In this document: positions 1 to 24,258 of the stretch, in pieces
Numbering within the stretch: position 1 is the first letter of the stretch
Layout of the letters: each line of letters opens with the position of its first letter
Assembly: GCF_009914755.1 (NCBI RefSeq)
Contig: NC_060940.1
Length of the DNA: 64,000 nt
DNA from: the human T2T-CHM13v2.0 reference genome, Homo sapiens
Reading direction: 5' to 3' (one strand)
Made by a program: the position numbers and the translations under genes
Notes under the pieces: generated by a model
What the model was told of the DNA's origin: nothing
Database searches by the model: none
The model's input: the letters and a program-made list of their open reading frames with translations, nothing else

Positions 1-192
1 GCCGCCTGGGACCTGAGCTGCCTGGGACTGTGACTGAGGCACCCGGGGTGCCTCTTAGGGCCTTGGGTTTGGGCCCATGGCTAGATGAGCCTTGGTGATT
101 CTGTGGTATTGCCTGGGCCAGGTGGACCCAGGGGCAGCTGCGGCTAGTCCATTTGGAGCTCCTTCAAGCCGAAGCATCCAACACCAGTGTCT

Positions 193-286
193 GTGAGGTG
201 TGGGCCCGGCCCCAGGAGCGGGGCCTGGGCAGCCCCGTGTGTTGAGGAAGGAAGGCAGGGCCCCCGCTCCCCGGGCCTGACCCCAC
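193..286 (+). ncRNA. MIR940: pre-miR-940 hairpin; mature AAGGCAGGGCCCCCGCUCCCC at 252-272
   Basis: GTGAGGTGTGGGCCCGG...CCGGGCCTGACCCCAC matches the miR-940 precursor as I recall it; arms are complementary (GGAGCGGGGCC / GGCCCCCGCTCC); known to lie just 3' of ABCA3. Confidence 0.9.
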
Positions 287-1415
287 TGCTTCAGCCCCCT
301 CCTGCCTGCCTACAGCCTGGCCTCGAGGGCCCATCAGGTGAGGGGACCCCACCTGCACCACCCCGTCCTACCTCCTGGAGGAGGCCTTGCCCCTGACAGG
401 CAGCCTCCAGCCCTCCCACCCTGATCCCTGTGTGGGATGGCCAGAGCATGCCCAGCATGCTGGGGTTCGGCGGTGGGGGGCATCTGGAGGGAGGGACATG
501 TCAGTTCGGGGAGGGATGAGCAGCCTAAGTGACTGCAGTGCTGGGCCATCTCCTGCATGGTGGAGCTCCCCTCGAGCCGCCTGTCTGCAGGGGGCTCTGG
601 CCAGTAGTGCAGCCGGGCAGGGTCTGTACGGCACAGGCTGCACCAGCCTCCATGCAGACCAGTCTGTGTGGGAGTGGGGGTCTCAGAGGGCCCAGCCGGC
701 CTATGCCATGAGCATGGTGCTGGCCCAGAGGGGGAGCTGAACAGCAGCTGGGTCGGTGCGTTACCTGGTGGGGCAGCAGACAGCAGCTGCCCTGGCTGGG
801 GTTCAAGCCCCGGGCTGGCCTGGTGGAATCCCCTCTCCGTCACCCCCAGGTTCTGTTCTTGCAGGTGTCAGGCCTGGGGCCTTGAGACAGACCTGCAGTC
901 TCCACCACAGCCACAGTGGGTGGGGTCTGGGTCCTCACGGAGGTGATCCTCCACCCCCACACCTACCTTGTGCATGGCAGTGGTGTCTCCTGGAGCTGGT
1001 GAGACCCCACCTCACTCAGGAAACCCCCCAGACGCCCCCAGGCAGAAGTGGCCATACTCCAGGGCCTGCATCCCTGTGCCCCACAGTGCGCCCTGGCCGG
1101 TTGGTTGTAGGAACTCAGAAAAGCAAAGCAAACAGGATGGTTCCCTGCTGGACACATTACATTCCCTGCTGGACACATTTCTATTGCAGATCTTTAGTCC
1201 AGGATTCCAGGGTAGCCAAGGTCACCTGAGTCCTGGGGACTCTGGGCCTGGTCTCTGAAAGCAGCCAGTAAGACAGAGATGGGAAACCCAGCAAGATGGA
1301 GTGAGCCAAGGGCACAGTTGGGTCCAGGCGCAGCAGGGAGCTGCCTGGGGGTGACACACACTTGACGGAGGCCACTGCACACACCCTACCCCGGCCTGAA
1401 CTTGAGCACTTCCTT

Positions 1416-1708
<293 letters not shown>

Positions 1709-3065
1709 AAGCACTTCCTTGAACACAGAGGTGACCATGAGGAGGGAGGCGTGAACCAGGATGACGGGGCAGCAGATGGAGCCTGCCTCCCTGAGACCTC
1801 AGGTGACCGAGTGCTGGACTGCCTCCTCCTGCCTACATGGCTGAGAAATAAACTTCTTTTTCAAACCACTGTGACCTGGGGTTTTCTGATACCCTCAGCA
1901 AGCCTGTTCCTGTGGCCTGGTGTGGGTCCCCTGACCTGTGGCCTGGGCTGCCTGTATCCGGCCTGCCCCTCTGCTCCGCTGTAAACCTGTGATGGCAGTG
2001 GAGGGGCTTGGCCTGGGCCCGCCCCACCGCGAGGTCTTCCCCTCTCCGAGTTCTGGGTGTGGTTTCAGTTGAGCCACGCCGTTGGACTGGGCCGGCCTGG
2101 AGGACAGAAGGCACAGGCTCTTCCACATACCTGGCTCGTGGCCCATGGGCCGTCTGCTCACGGGAGCCCTGCACCAGGCCATGCAGAGCAGTGAAGTCAA
2201 AACCTCGTTTCCCAGGTCTAAGGTGAACTGGGAGCAGGGCAGGAGTTGGCTCTGTCAGATGCCACAGTTGTTTGGGGACAGTGTCCGTAGAGAATGTGTG
2301 GCCCCCCTCCGTGGTCTAGGGTGGAGCGTGGATAGGCCGGTCACTCCTATCCCTGGGCCCAAGGCTCTTTTCCCCTGCCCTCCCGTGGGCTGGGAACTGC
2401 CACAGCTCAGACAAAAATCGGCCAGGGCAGGGTCCTGAGGCTTCAGTCCCAGGCTCCTTAGGGCACCCCTGGTGACCCAGCTCCAGCACTGAGTTTCCAG
2501 AGGCCTTGAGGATGTCCCTGGGATGCCAGATGGGCCCTTCCTGCTGCTCCTGGGGTCATCTAAGCTCCAGGCTTGGGTGCAGCCCTGGGCCCCTGCCACA
2601 GACGCCCTGAATGCACCTGCCCCTCCCGGTCCCCACGCAGCAGCCTCCTGAGCTGCGGATCATTTTCCTAAGAAGGCATTCTACTTGTGCCAGTCCTTAC
2701 TTAAAGACCCCTGCTGGTGCTGGCAGCGTGCTACCGGGAAGGATGGTGTCTCCTGTGCGTGTCCTGTGTACGCTGGCCTCACACGTGTGTGCCTCATGCG
2801 GGCTGTGCCCTCAGTCCTATACGCTCTCCCCAACCCTCTTTTAGGGTGTCACAGGAGAAAAATGACACATTCCTAAATCTCTAACACATGGGCTTGAAAA
2901 CAAGTCTGAGGATGCCCTGCAGAAGGGCCATGGGCATGGACATGGAGCTGGGTGGCCTCGTGCACTGACCTTTCCCTCTTCCTAGCCCCAGGCCCGACCT
3001 AGAGGCCACAGCCCCTGCGGACAGGCTGTGGGGCCAGAAGGGCCCACTTCAGAACTTTTCTCGTG

Positions 3066-3137
3066 GGCAGTGTTTAGGCCACAGCCACCCATGTGTAGGG
3101 GTGGCTACACATGGGTGGCTGTGGCCTAAACACTGCC
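3066..3137 (+). ncRNA. MIR4717: pre-miR-4717 hairpin
   Basis: Perfect 35-bp inverted repeat (3064-3098 / 3105-3139, loop GGGTGG); sequence matches the recalled miR-4717 precursor. Confidence 0.85.
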
Positions 3138-3383
3138 CAAACACGTTATATTTTTTATAACATGGAACTAGATGGCAGAAGTTTAAAGGGAATAAAAGAG
3201 CTACTGGAGACGATTTGCAGCTTTCATAAATTTCCAGAGACTGATAAAAACACAGACTTGAAATTGTCCCAAATGAGCCAAAGTGATGAAAACAAGTCTT
3301 TTCTAAAACTCTGAATTCTAAGGGAATGTAAAATGCAGAAGTTCAAATCGGGTTTAGAAAACCATAAGAAATAATAGTGCATT

Positions 3384-4002
<619 letters not shown>

Positions 4003-4326
4003 TTATTTCTGGGAAATGGCAAATGCCCACGGGTGACCCTGATGCCAGCAGCTTCTCTCCCACCAGACCTGTGCTTCCCACACAGCCCCACCTGCTCTTG
4101 TCTTTAGACTAAGAGCCTGTCACCGGGCGTTGATCTAGCCGGCTTTTTCCTTTGTGTTATGGGCCTGTTCCTTCACCTCAGTGTATTCTCTGCGTGTGCT
4201 CCCTTCTGGGAAAAGCAACGTCCCACGTTTGTGTGATTGAAATGTGAAAGGAGAGCCTCATGTCTAGATTGTGGGCGAGTGATTGAGCCCTGTGACCGCT
4301 CGCGCGTGTGACCCACAGACTGTGAC

Positions 4327-5119
4327 TGTGTCCCCTCAGCATTTATTTTCTGGATGGTCACAACGTATTCAATGTGTCCTTGAGACAGCCACCCAGCCCT
4401 TAGGGTGGTCCCTGCGTGTCCTGGGGCGGGCGACTTCCTGAGGGTGCAGTGCTGGAAACAGAGACTGCTTCGAGCCTGGCCACCTTCCCTCCTGTGCCGG
4501 CTGCTTCTAGGAGATGCTGTGGGACGGTGCCCGGCTTCGCGGTGACTACCATGCCCTAAGGAGCAGAGCCTCCAGGATGCCCCCGGGCTGCGCTGGACGC
4601 TAAGACCCCAGCACCTAATCACAGTCAGCAGCTTCCCTCCACTGACAGTGATCTGCATGGTCCATTCCTGGCGGCCTGGGGGCCTCGCTACAGTTCAACC
4701 TGGCTGGCTTCCCGCTTCCTCCCCAGGGGAGATTAGTGTCGTGTGTAAACTTGGACAAGTCACTGGGTCCTCTCTCCAGGGAGTGCCTGGAGAAATTCAA
4801 CCCCCAGCTCAGCTGCAGCCCTTCCTGGGTCAGCTCTCCACCCAGAGACCCCGGAGCTTGCCCGCAGACTGCCCGGCCTGCCCCAGCTCTGGGAAAGTGA
4901 ACTCCAGAGTATGCAGACATGGAGATGCGCATGCTGATCCTGGGCATGAGGGCTGGGCTGCACTCGTCCATTCTGTGCATACTGCCTTGAATTTTTCATA
5001 TCCATCATAGAAAAAAGTGATTAAAAATAAAGGATGAGATAAACTTGGAGAGAGAGGATGTAAGATGGGCCCTGCTTGCCCGTCCTGTCCCTGCCTGATG
5101 GCGAGACAGCCGCCACCCC
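4327..5119 (-). other. ABCA3: ABCA3 3' UTR (exon 33); cleavage site approximate
   Basis: Lies between TGA (5120-5122) and about 15 nt past the AATAAA. Confidence 0.8.
4342..4347 (-). terminator. ABCA3: ABCA3 polyadenylation signal AATAAA
   Basis: Plus-strand tttatt at 4342-4347, about 780 nt past the stop codon. Confidence 0.85.
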
Positions 5120-5269
<150 letters not shown>

Positions 5270-5552
5270 TCACTGGTAGGAGAGAACAGGGCCCAGGCTC
5301 CTCTGCGGGACCTGGGAGTCCTCTGGCAATAGGGGCTGATGAGGCCCCCACAATCCTACCCCTGCCCAGCGCCACCCCAGAGCCCCAGAGAGGTCAGCCC
5401 TGCGACGGCACCGTGCTCCCAGGTAGAGGACGCTGGCTAAGCAGGAGCCAGCGGGGATGGGGCCCAGCCTCCTCCCTGTGCTGTTCCCAGCTCAGATTAC
5501 AACCTTGAGCCAGTGATGTTCCCTTTCTGAGCCAGTTCTTTTTTTCCCCCAT

Positions 5553-5830
<278 letters not shown>

Positions 5831-5847
5831 ACCCCTTTCCTGTTTTA

Positions 5848-6183
<336 letters not shown>

Positions 6184-6274
6184 TCAGCACTGGAGTCCTC
6201 GTCCCAGGGATTGGGGAGATGGGACTTGGCGGGGCGAGGCACAGACGCTCCGCACAGCAGATGGGAGAGGCCTA

Positions 6275-6592
<318 letters not shown>

Positions 6593-6732
6593 TCAGGCTG
6601 TTCCTGATACCCATGCTCAGTGTGGCTCACGGGCAGACTCTGCACCAGATGCTGATGGGTCTCCTGGCCACCTGGCTCCTCCATGGCCCACCCGGTGCTG
6701 AAACTTCCAGTAACCCACAGACCCAGGCTCTA

Positions 6733-7119
<387 letters not shown>

Positions 7120-7333
7120 CTACATGGGAAGACATCTGCCTGCACCTAAAGGGGACCTGCCGACCCTGACATCTCTCACTGCTGGCTTTGTCCCTAGGTG
7201 GCAGGCACTGTCAGGGCAGTCCCTTTCCTACGTGGAGCTACCTGGGTCACACCACCACATCCCAGCTCCATCCTGGAGCCACAAGCAGGAGCTCTGGCTG
7301 CTGACCTGAGCGGTCACTCCCAGCTCTATGCTA

Positions 7334-7648
<315 letters not shown>

Positions 7649-8187
7649 CTACCCTTGAGGTGCCCACCACTGCGCCTGTCTGTGGTTCCTGCCAGTGTGT
7701 GTACACGGGGGCGCTGGAGCTATGCACAGGCCGTGGTGGCTGCCCACAGTGGAAGCTCTTGGAACAGGGACACAGGAAGGATGTGCCTGGTGCAGGGAGG
7801 CTTCCAGAGCTGCTCTCAGAGCCTGGTCCAGGACAGGCAGCCATGGGGTTAGGTGGTGCAAGAATGGCCTTTACGTAGAAGCAGACTCAGAGCTGGCTAC
7901 CCACTCATTCACACCTGGGACATCTGATGTGCTAGGACTCTTTCTTCTCCCTCTAAGAAGAAAGATTTGTGGGCACCACGTTTGGGGTGAGTACTGCTTG
8001 GTCAGATGGTGCAGCAGCTGTTCTCTGCACAAGTGACCACGTCCAGCTGAATTAAGACGTGCCTGCTGCCATCTGCTTAGCTACCTTCAGCAGCTGGTCG
8101 GGGGCAGGAGTGCCTGGGTTCTGTGGATTCCAGAGACTGGATTTCTTTTTCTTTACCTTCCTTCTTTGGGGTTCTCAAGCTTCCAGA

Positions 8188-8492
8188 ATTTTTTTTTTTT
8201 TTTTTGAGACAGAGTCTTACTCTGTCTCCCTTACACTGGTAGAGCGCAGTGGCATGATCTCGGCTCACTACAACCTCTGCCTCCCAGGCTCAAGTGATTC
8301 TCATGCCTCAGGCTCCCGAGTAGCTAGGATTATAGGCACCTGCCACCATGCCCTGCTAATTTTTGTATTTTTCTTTGGTAGAGACAGCATTTTGCCATGT
8401 TGGCCAGGCTGGTCTCGAACTCTAGACCTCAAGTGATCTGCCTGCCTTGGCCTTCCAAAGCTGGGATTATAGGCGTGAGCCACGCTCCCAGC
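8188..8492 (-). mobile_element. Alu (AluS-like)
   Basis: Poly-T followed by antisense Alu consensus. Confidence 0.9.
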
Positions 8493-9472
8493 CCAGAATC
8501 TGTTTTTAATCAGTTTGGGGAAAGTCTTAGCCACTACCTTTTTGGCTACTACCCCCTGCCACTCTCTCTCTCTCTTCCTTCTGGAACTCAGATTACATGT
8601 ACTGGGGACTTCTCACCCTCTCCTCCATTGCTAGATCACATACGGTTTTCTCTCCCCTGCATAGATTTTCAATTGCATAATTTATTTCTGTAGACACAGT
8701 GAGTTTATAATCTTTTATAATCTGGCCTGATGATGCAGATCTAACGCCTATGTGCTTGTCCCCCCATGGGGCCTGTGTCTATTGCTTCCAGCCATGGTAC
8801 CATCTCCTCTGTTTGTTTGCTGTGCATTGCCTGTAAGCCCTGGAACCCTCTATGGGGGAGTCTGCAGCCTAGGATGAGGCTTTCCTCCCGAGAGGGCCTG
8901 CATGTGCTCTGGCCCAGGGCCTCTGCTGTCCAGGCACCCCTGGTGTGAGCTCAGGAGAGGACTCCGCGGCCACTTCTCAGCCCCAGGCCCTGCTTACCAT
9001 TTCCCCTGCTCTGCTTGGCACACTTGAATTCCTATGCAGGCCCCGGGCAGAGGTGCAGGAGGGCTGCCTCTGGTCCTTCTGCGGGGGAGCTGGTGGGGCT
9101 CAGCTCAACATGGGAAAGCTGGGCGGGCCCAGGGCCTTCCATCCCTTCACTCAGCAAGGCCTCTAACCCCACACCTGAGCTGCCTGGACACAGAATGGCC
9201 TCTGCACAGAGGTGGCTGTCAGTGCTGAATGCGCCTCTCTGGGCTCACGGATGTTGGCACCCATCTCTCTCCCCTCCCATCACCTGCTAGTTCTGGCGAA
9301 GCTTAGCTTTAGCTCATTACCTTGTCTCGCTGTCCAGAGGCATGTGCTGGGCCCATTTCAAGCCACAGATGCAGCAGCTGTTTGGGGACAGCATCCCTCT
9401 GTCCCTGCCTCCAGGGTGCCCCCTCCAGCCATGCCTGTCTCACCCCTTCAGAGCCTCCCTGGCTGCACCCAC

Positions 9473-9667
9473 CTTTCCGACATCAGAGCTGATTCTGTGA
9501 CCCCCGACAAAGGCATCCCCAGAAGTGAGGCTCTCCTCCCCGGTCAGCATTTTGAAAGTCGTGGTCTTCCCGGCTCCATTGAAGCCCAGCAGGCCGAAGC
9601 ACTCCCCTTTCTGCACCGCGAGGGAGAGCCTGTCCACGGCCAGGAGGGGCACCCGCTGCTCGTACAC
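9473..9667 (-). CDS. ABCA3: ABCA3 exon 28 (NBD2 Walker [10 protein letters not shown])
   Basis: 195 nt, GT-AG. Confidence 0.97.
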
Positions 9668-9826
9668 CTGCAGGCACCCAACAGAAAACACGGAATGCGG
9701 AGGCCTGGACGCAAAGCAGAGCAGTCTGAGCCTCAGCGCCGAAAGCTTCCAGGGATGGGGTCGGACCCTGGGGACAGCCAGGTAGTCAGCTGGCAGGAAG
9801 GACTCCACCCCAAATTGCAAGGGTAC

Positions 9827-9955
9827 CTTGGAGAGCTCCTTGATAATCAGAGGTGTGTGGAGCAGGGAGTCCGGGCTGGGGGCCAGGATGCGGGTCCTCT
9901 CGTCCGCTACATCTTGGTCCTCAGGAAGCACAGGCATCCGGGTGTATAATTCTGT
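9827..9955 (-). CDS. ABCA3: ABCA3 exon 27 ([16 protein letters not shown]...ELSK)
   Basis: 129 nt, GT-AG, frame continuous. Confidence 0.93.
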
Positions 9956-10248
9956 CTGATTGACCAGGACAAAGACCGCATGCGTGAACCCAGCCGCAGG
10001 GCGGCTTCCGTGGAGAAGGGAGGGGCGGGGGTGGATGTGGGAGGTCTGGTGGGACTAAGGCCTTCAAGGCTTCTCGTCCCAATCTCAGGCCCCACAGGTG
10101 CGACTCAGACCTTTTACTAGAAGACACAGTGGTCTTACGGGGCTAAACTAGCATCCAGGAGACATAAACTATCTGAGGAAAAAGAACTGTGCGGGACTCA
10201 TGGAGAAAAATCATAAATCTGCTGGGGAATATAAAATAAGATTTTTAG

Positions 10249-10845
<597 letters not shown>

Positions 10846-11020
10846 AAGATTTTAACACGTGGAGACAGTTCCCTTTTTAGAGAAGTCTGACTATTTTAAA
10901 GAAGTGAATTCCCCCTCGGCTAAGCTGTATGTGCAATGCAATGTCAACACATTTGCTTTTGTTTGTTTGAGGGAGGGGATGGAGACCTGAGAAAATGAAC
11001 GTTTTCAATAAACACGTGGA

Positions 11021-11820
<800 letters not shown>

Positions 11821-12149
11821 TCACTGTGCCCCGAGGCCTGGGGCACCCTCCTCCCCTTCCAGGTTCCCGGCCCCCACTCCCCTCCCCAGGCTGCTCAAGG
11901 CGCCTGTAACAATGTCCCCTCCATGGGGAGATGTGAAGGCCAGTAGGTCACAGCTGCCTCTCGAGGCACCACAGCTCAGAGAGGGGCCAGGCACGTAACA
12001 ATCCAATGCAGTCCCATGAGCGACATGGCAGACCCAGGGCAGCAACAGCCCGCCTGAGAGGCACAGGCTCTGCGTGAATCCTGGGCTGCCTCCTGACCAG
12101 GACAGAGACCGTTACAAGCACCGAGGGGTGTGTGGGAGGCTGAGGAGGC

Positions 12150-12500
12150 CCCACAGGACAGGTCCAAGTTCTGTCCCCCTGGACCTGGGGTTGTGATCTT
12201 GCTTAGAAACAGGGTCTTTGAATATGTGATTAGTAAGGATCTTAAGGTGAGACACTGGATTAGTGTGGGCCTTAAACCCAACAGCAAGTGTCCTTATAAG
12301 AGAAATGCAGAAGGAGATTTGAGACAGGAGACAGGAGCTGCCATGCGAGGATGGAGGCGGTGGTGGGGAGTAGGTGCAGCCAGGAGCTCAGGATGCCTGG
12401 AGCCTCCAGGAGATGGGAGAAGCAGGAAGGGTCCTCCCCTGAGCCATGGGGGATTCACTCCTCGTGCTAAGCGCTGGTCTGTGGTTCCTTGTTACAGATG
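12150..12500 (+). mobile_element. MaLR LTR relic (MLT1-type), boundaries approximate
   Basis: Motifs gtgatcttgcttagaaacagggtctttg, gtgtccttataagaga and gggagaagcaggaagggtcctcccct typical of MLT1. Confidence 0.65.
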
Positions 12501-12629
12501 CCCAGACACTGAGGCAGGTGGGAGAGTGGGAGCTCAGGTACAGGGCCTGGGAGCGAGCGGGCGCGAGGGGGCTGCTGTGGGAGGTGGGGCAAGGCGGTAC
12601 AGAGGAACGCACCAGCCCCAGGCCACTCA

Positions 12630-12902
<273 letters not shown>

Positions 12903-13072
12903 TCAGTCTGCGCTGGAGGGCACACCACACCCACCTCCAGGACGGGCCTGGTCAGGGCGGGCACAGGGCCTTATCCGTGCTGTGTGGAGTGAGGGGGCAC
13001 CTCCCAGGGACGCCCCTGCCGGCTCTGCACAGGGCAAGGACGCCGCAGACGCCTGCCCACCAGTCATGGCTA

Positions 13073-14211
<1,139 letters not shown>

Positions 14212-14967
14212 TTATGGGAGAGCACAAGCACCATGGTTCCATACCGGGAACATCTGCCCCCACCGGAGAACGGTTCCTCTGGAATTCCTATGCTGACCAT
14301 GTGACAATGGCAGCGTCACTCTCCCTCATCACCCCGCTCCCAGCCCTCAGCCCCACGGCTGCCGGCGACCTTGCCCAGGTGTGGAGGTCCCGAGCCCCAC
14401 CTCCTCCTGGAGTGTGGCAAAGGGAAAGCCTCTCCTGGCCTCTGTGTGTCATTCTAGGATCCTGAGTTGATGGCAAGGAGAGCAGATCGAGGGCTGTTGC
14501 TTTTCTGCTCTTGGGGCAGGGATGGAGCCAGAAGCTGGGACGCAGCCATCGCCAGGCCTAGGCCTAGCCTGGAATGTGGGTGGAGACGACACTGCCCTGA
14601 GGAGGAGTGGCTATTCTGAAATTAACAGAATTTTTGGCCTCCTCTGGGTGGTTCCAGGAGCTCTGGGGGCTCTGTGGCCGGCATAGGGGGTAGCCCTGCC
14701 CACACAATGGCATGGCAGGCTCCCGACGTGCGGCCATCTGAGGAACAGGGACGGCAGTTCTTGCCAAGTCCTGCTCTGCTCACCCTCCATCACCTCAGCT
14801 CATGTGCCCAGCAGGTCACACTGCTGGAGAGAGCAGTGTGGAGCGAGGACAGTGGCTGACAGGAGCCAGGTAGATTTAGGAGGAGAAGGCAGGGCTGCCT
14901 GCCGAGCCTTCATGGGTCCCCGTGAGGACCGCAGTGCATGGGATGGCCCACAGCTGATCTGCTGTCA

Positions 14968-15432
<465 letters not shown>

Positions 15433-15671
15433 TCAGGGGACACAGGAAGAGGTGACACCTGGGCACCCCCTGCCACCTGAGCATGGCTAATCAGGGACCC
15501 AATAGAGTGGTGCCAGCATCCTCTGAGCTGCCCGCCCCATCACCCTTCTCCTAAGGAGAGTATAATTTCTGGCAAGGTTTTGTCATCATTCAGTATGTGG
15601 AACTTTGAATGCCAGTCAGGAACCGGGAAAGGAGCTGCAAAATAAGAAAACCTTCCAGTAGGTTCCATTAA

Positions 15672-16023
<352 letters not shown>

Positions 16024-16325
16024 AAGAACTGTGAGTTTTAAGATGTTGAAAGAAAACACCCTGTCACACGAAGGCACACTGTGGCCAGCATCATCACAAA
16101 GCAAAGGTAACTTGAAGTCACTATGCTTCTGCATTTTGCCCATGAATGATCCTGAAAGACACAGCTTCAGTAAAAAGACGCCTGACAAAGCCTGGCCCCA
16201 GGATGCCAGTGTCTCTGGCACCTCCAGGGCACTTCCCCTGACTCAGTGCCGTGATCTGCCACCCAGGGGACATCCGCAATGTTTCCAGGCATGTTTGATG
16301 GTCATGATGGGGTGGGGCAAGGTCA

Positions 16326-16937
<612 letters not shown>

Positions 16938-17007
16938 TCAGTGCACCACATGGCAGGGTCACCTGTGCAGACTCTGCAGGTCTCCATGGGGCCCTGCACG
17001 TTGGCAC

Positions 17008-17291
17008 TATTTTATTTTTTTGAGACAGGGTCACTCTGTCACTGGGGGTGGAGTGCAGTGGTGTGATCTCAGCTCACTGCAACCTCCACCTCCTGGGTTC
17101 CTACCTCAGCCTCCCAAGTAGCTGGGATTACAGGCGCACACCACCACACCCAACTAATTTTTGTATTTTTAGTAGAGATAGGGTTTTGTCATGTTGGCCT
17201 AGGCTGGTCTTGAACTCCTGACCTCAAGTGATCTGCCCGCCTTGGCCTCCCAATGTACTGGGATTACAGGCATGAGCCACCACACCCGGCC
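17008..17291 (-). mobile_element. Alu
   Basis: Antisense Alu consensus. Confidence 0.88.
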
Positions 17292-17816
17292 CAGACACTG
17301 TTTCATTGTCTCAGGACAGTAGAGGACCAGCTGCCATCCCCTGCCCTCCCCCTGCCACAAGGAGACACCACCACACAGGTCACAGGAAACAGATGGCCGA
17401 GCCTCCCAACCAGCCTGACTGCCTCGTTCTCCAGCTTCTTTCCTTCCTGGTCCTCCGAGACAGAGAGCGTCAGGGCTTTGAGATCAGGCTGACCAGGGAT
17501 CAGAATGAGCTCTGTGACTCTGTCACATCTGACTTTGGCCCAGGCCTCGGTTTCCCATCTGTGAACCGAGTGCATCAACCAACCTCCGTGTCGTTGGCTG
17601 CTAGAGAGCCTCATCAACACAGAGCTGGGCACCCGACAAGCTCCTGTTGAGCAGGGTGCTGTGCCTGAGGTAGAGCATGAGAAATTCCAGTTGCTCCATT
17701 CAAACGCTTCTCCCTGCCGACCCATGCGGTGTGAGCCGCTGCCCGCCCTCTGCCCGGTGTGCTGACTCTCCCGGACCCTGTTTGCGCCCTCGCAGACTCT
17801 CCTCTGCATGGGCTTA

Positions 17817-18206
<390 letters not shown>

Positions 18207-18406
18207 TCATCAGTGTCTCCGGCCACCATGCACAGCTAATTTTTGTATTTTTAGTAGACATAGGGTTTCACCATGTTGGCCAGGCTGATCTGGAACTCCT
18301 GACCTCAAGTGATCCACCCACCTTGGCCTCTCAAAGTGCTGGGATTACAGGCATGAACCACCAAGGCTGGCAGAGGAGGTGATTTTTTAATATTATGTGA
18401 ATTACA

Positions 18407-18407
<1 letters not shown>

Positions 18408-18450
<43 letters not shown>
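18408..18450. repeat. (CA)~21 microsatellite
   Basis: Uninterrupted CA run. Confidence 0.97.
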
Positions 18451-18452
<2 letters not shown>

Positions 18453-19297
18453 CTTCCTAGAGCTCCCCGCCGATTAGGAAACACAACTGAGGCTGCAGCA
18501 GGCAGGAGGCACCCCCCGGCTGGCTTAGCAACATTGTCAGGCCACACTTGGAGCCCGTGTGAGCCCTGTCTGCCTGCTTCTTGCTCCTGTGTGCAGGCTG
18601 CCGTGAGGCCTAAGTACCTGCTCCTCTGGCCCTTGGCAGAGCCCTTCTCCCTCACTGGATTCTCCCAGTCCCACTCATCTTTCATGATCTGCTCAGAGAC
18701 ACCAAGTGTTGCCATCTCGTCAGTATTCCCTCTGATTAAAAGCCTTCCTGCCCATGGTCTGAGCTCCGGTGGGCGCTTACCAGCCTGGCTAGCTCTCCCC
18801 AGGTCCTAGACAAACCAGGAAAAGCTTCTGATTATTTTTCTCTTGAGACCAGGAGCTCAGAGAGGCCAGGGTCAGGTGTGGGGCCTGGAGCTGAGTCACA
18901 GGTGGGCCGTGTGGTGAGTATGAGATGGGGCCAGAGAGGCCTGAGACCTTGAGAGACAAGAGGCCCTGTGGCTGCTGAGACGCAGCAGGATCAACCCGGG
19001 TTCTACCCTCAGAGCCGGCTGACTCCAGGCCAGCCCGTGGTTTCTTTCTCTTATGTTCATGCTTCCTTCCTTCCTTCAACCAGGATTCACAGAATCAGTC
19101 AGTCAGTGCTCGGTCCTGTGTGGGACACAGGTCAGCGGGCAGTCCCTCCCTCCCTCCGCCGCCTTGCCTGGCCTTTTTCCCTGGGTCTGTTCCTGGACAC
19201 ATGGTCCCCTGCACAGGTGTCCCCAGAGCATGCACCACCATGTCCTGCATGTATGATCACCTATTCTGTCGCCTCCTCTAGGCTGTGGGCTCCCTAA

Positions 19298-23534
<4,237 letters not shown>

Positions 23535-23883
23535 TTATCCAGATAATATCCAGACTGATAGATAGTGTCATGGAACACTGGCTTCCCTCCCCTTGCTGGT
23601 TCTGCCGTGTGTGTGAGACAGTGATGAGCAGGTGGTAACATCTCCAGCTCTGACACTGAGACCAAATTCACCACCCACATACAAATACAGACTCGGTTTC
23701 ACGAGTAGTTCTGAGTGCAGCCGCAGCACGTGTTGAGCCTGGTGTCAGAAGGGGGAGTGTGAGCCCTGCATCAGCGCTGAGCACCCTTTTGGTGAGTCAG
23801 ATACGTGCTTCTCCTTTTCAGGTCCTAATTATGTTTCTCCTTGCTAGGAGGCCTGGCACCTAGGACCCAGCCAAGCAGATTCA

Positions 23884-24258
<375 letters not shown>

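Noticed and set aside
1141-1179. Two-copy 18-bp direct repeat ttccctgctggacacatt
   Set aside because: Simple local slippage duplication with no functional context
4327-5119. miR-940 seed site in the neighbouring ABCA3 3' UTR
   Set aside because: The CCTGCCT match near 5090 is on the plus strand, not the mRNA strand; no sense-strand 7-mer was seen
9212-9949. 245-aa plus-strand ORF (likewise 13511-14296, 15896-16645, 17677-18288 and 47785-48405)
   Set aside because: Antisense shadows of GC-rich ABCA3 exons or Alu-derived; no recognisable domain
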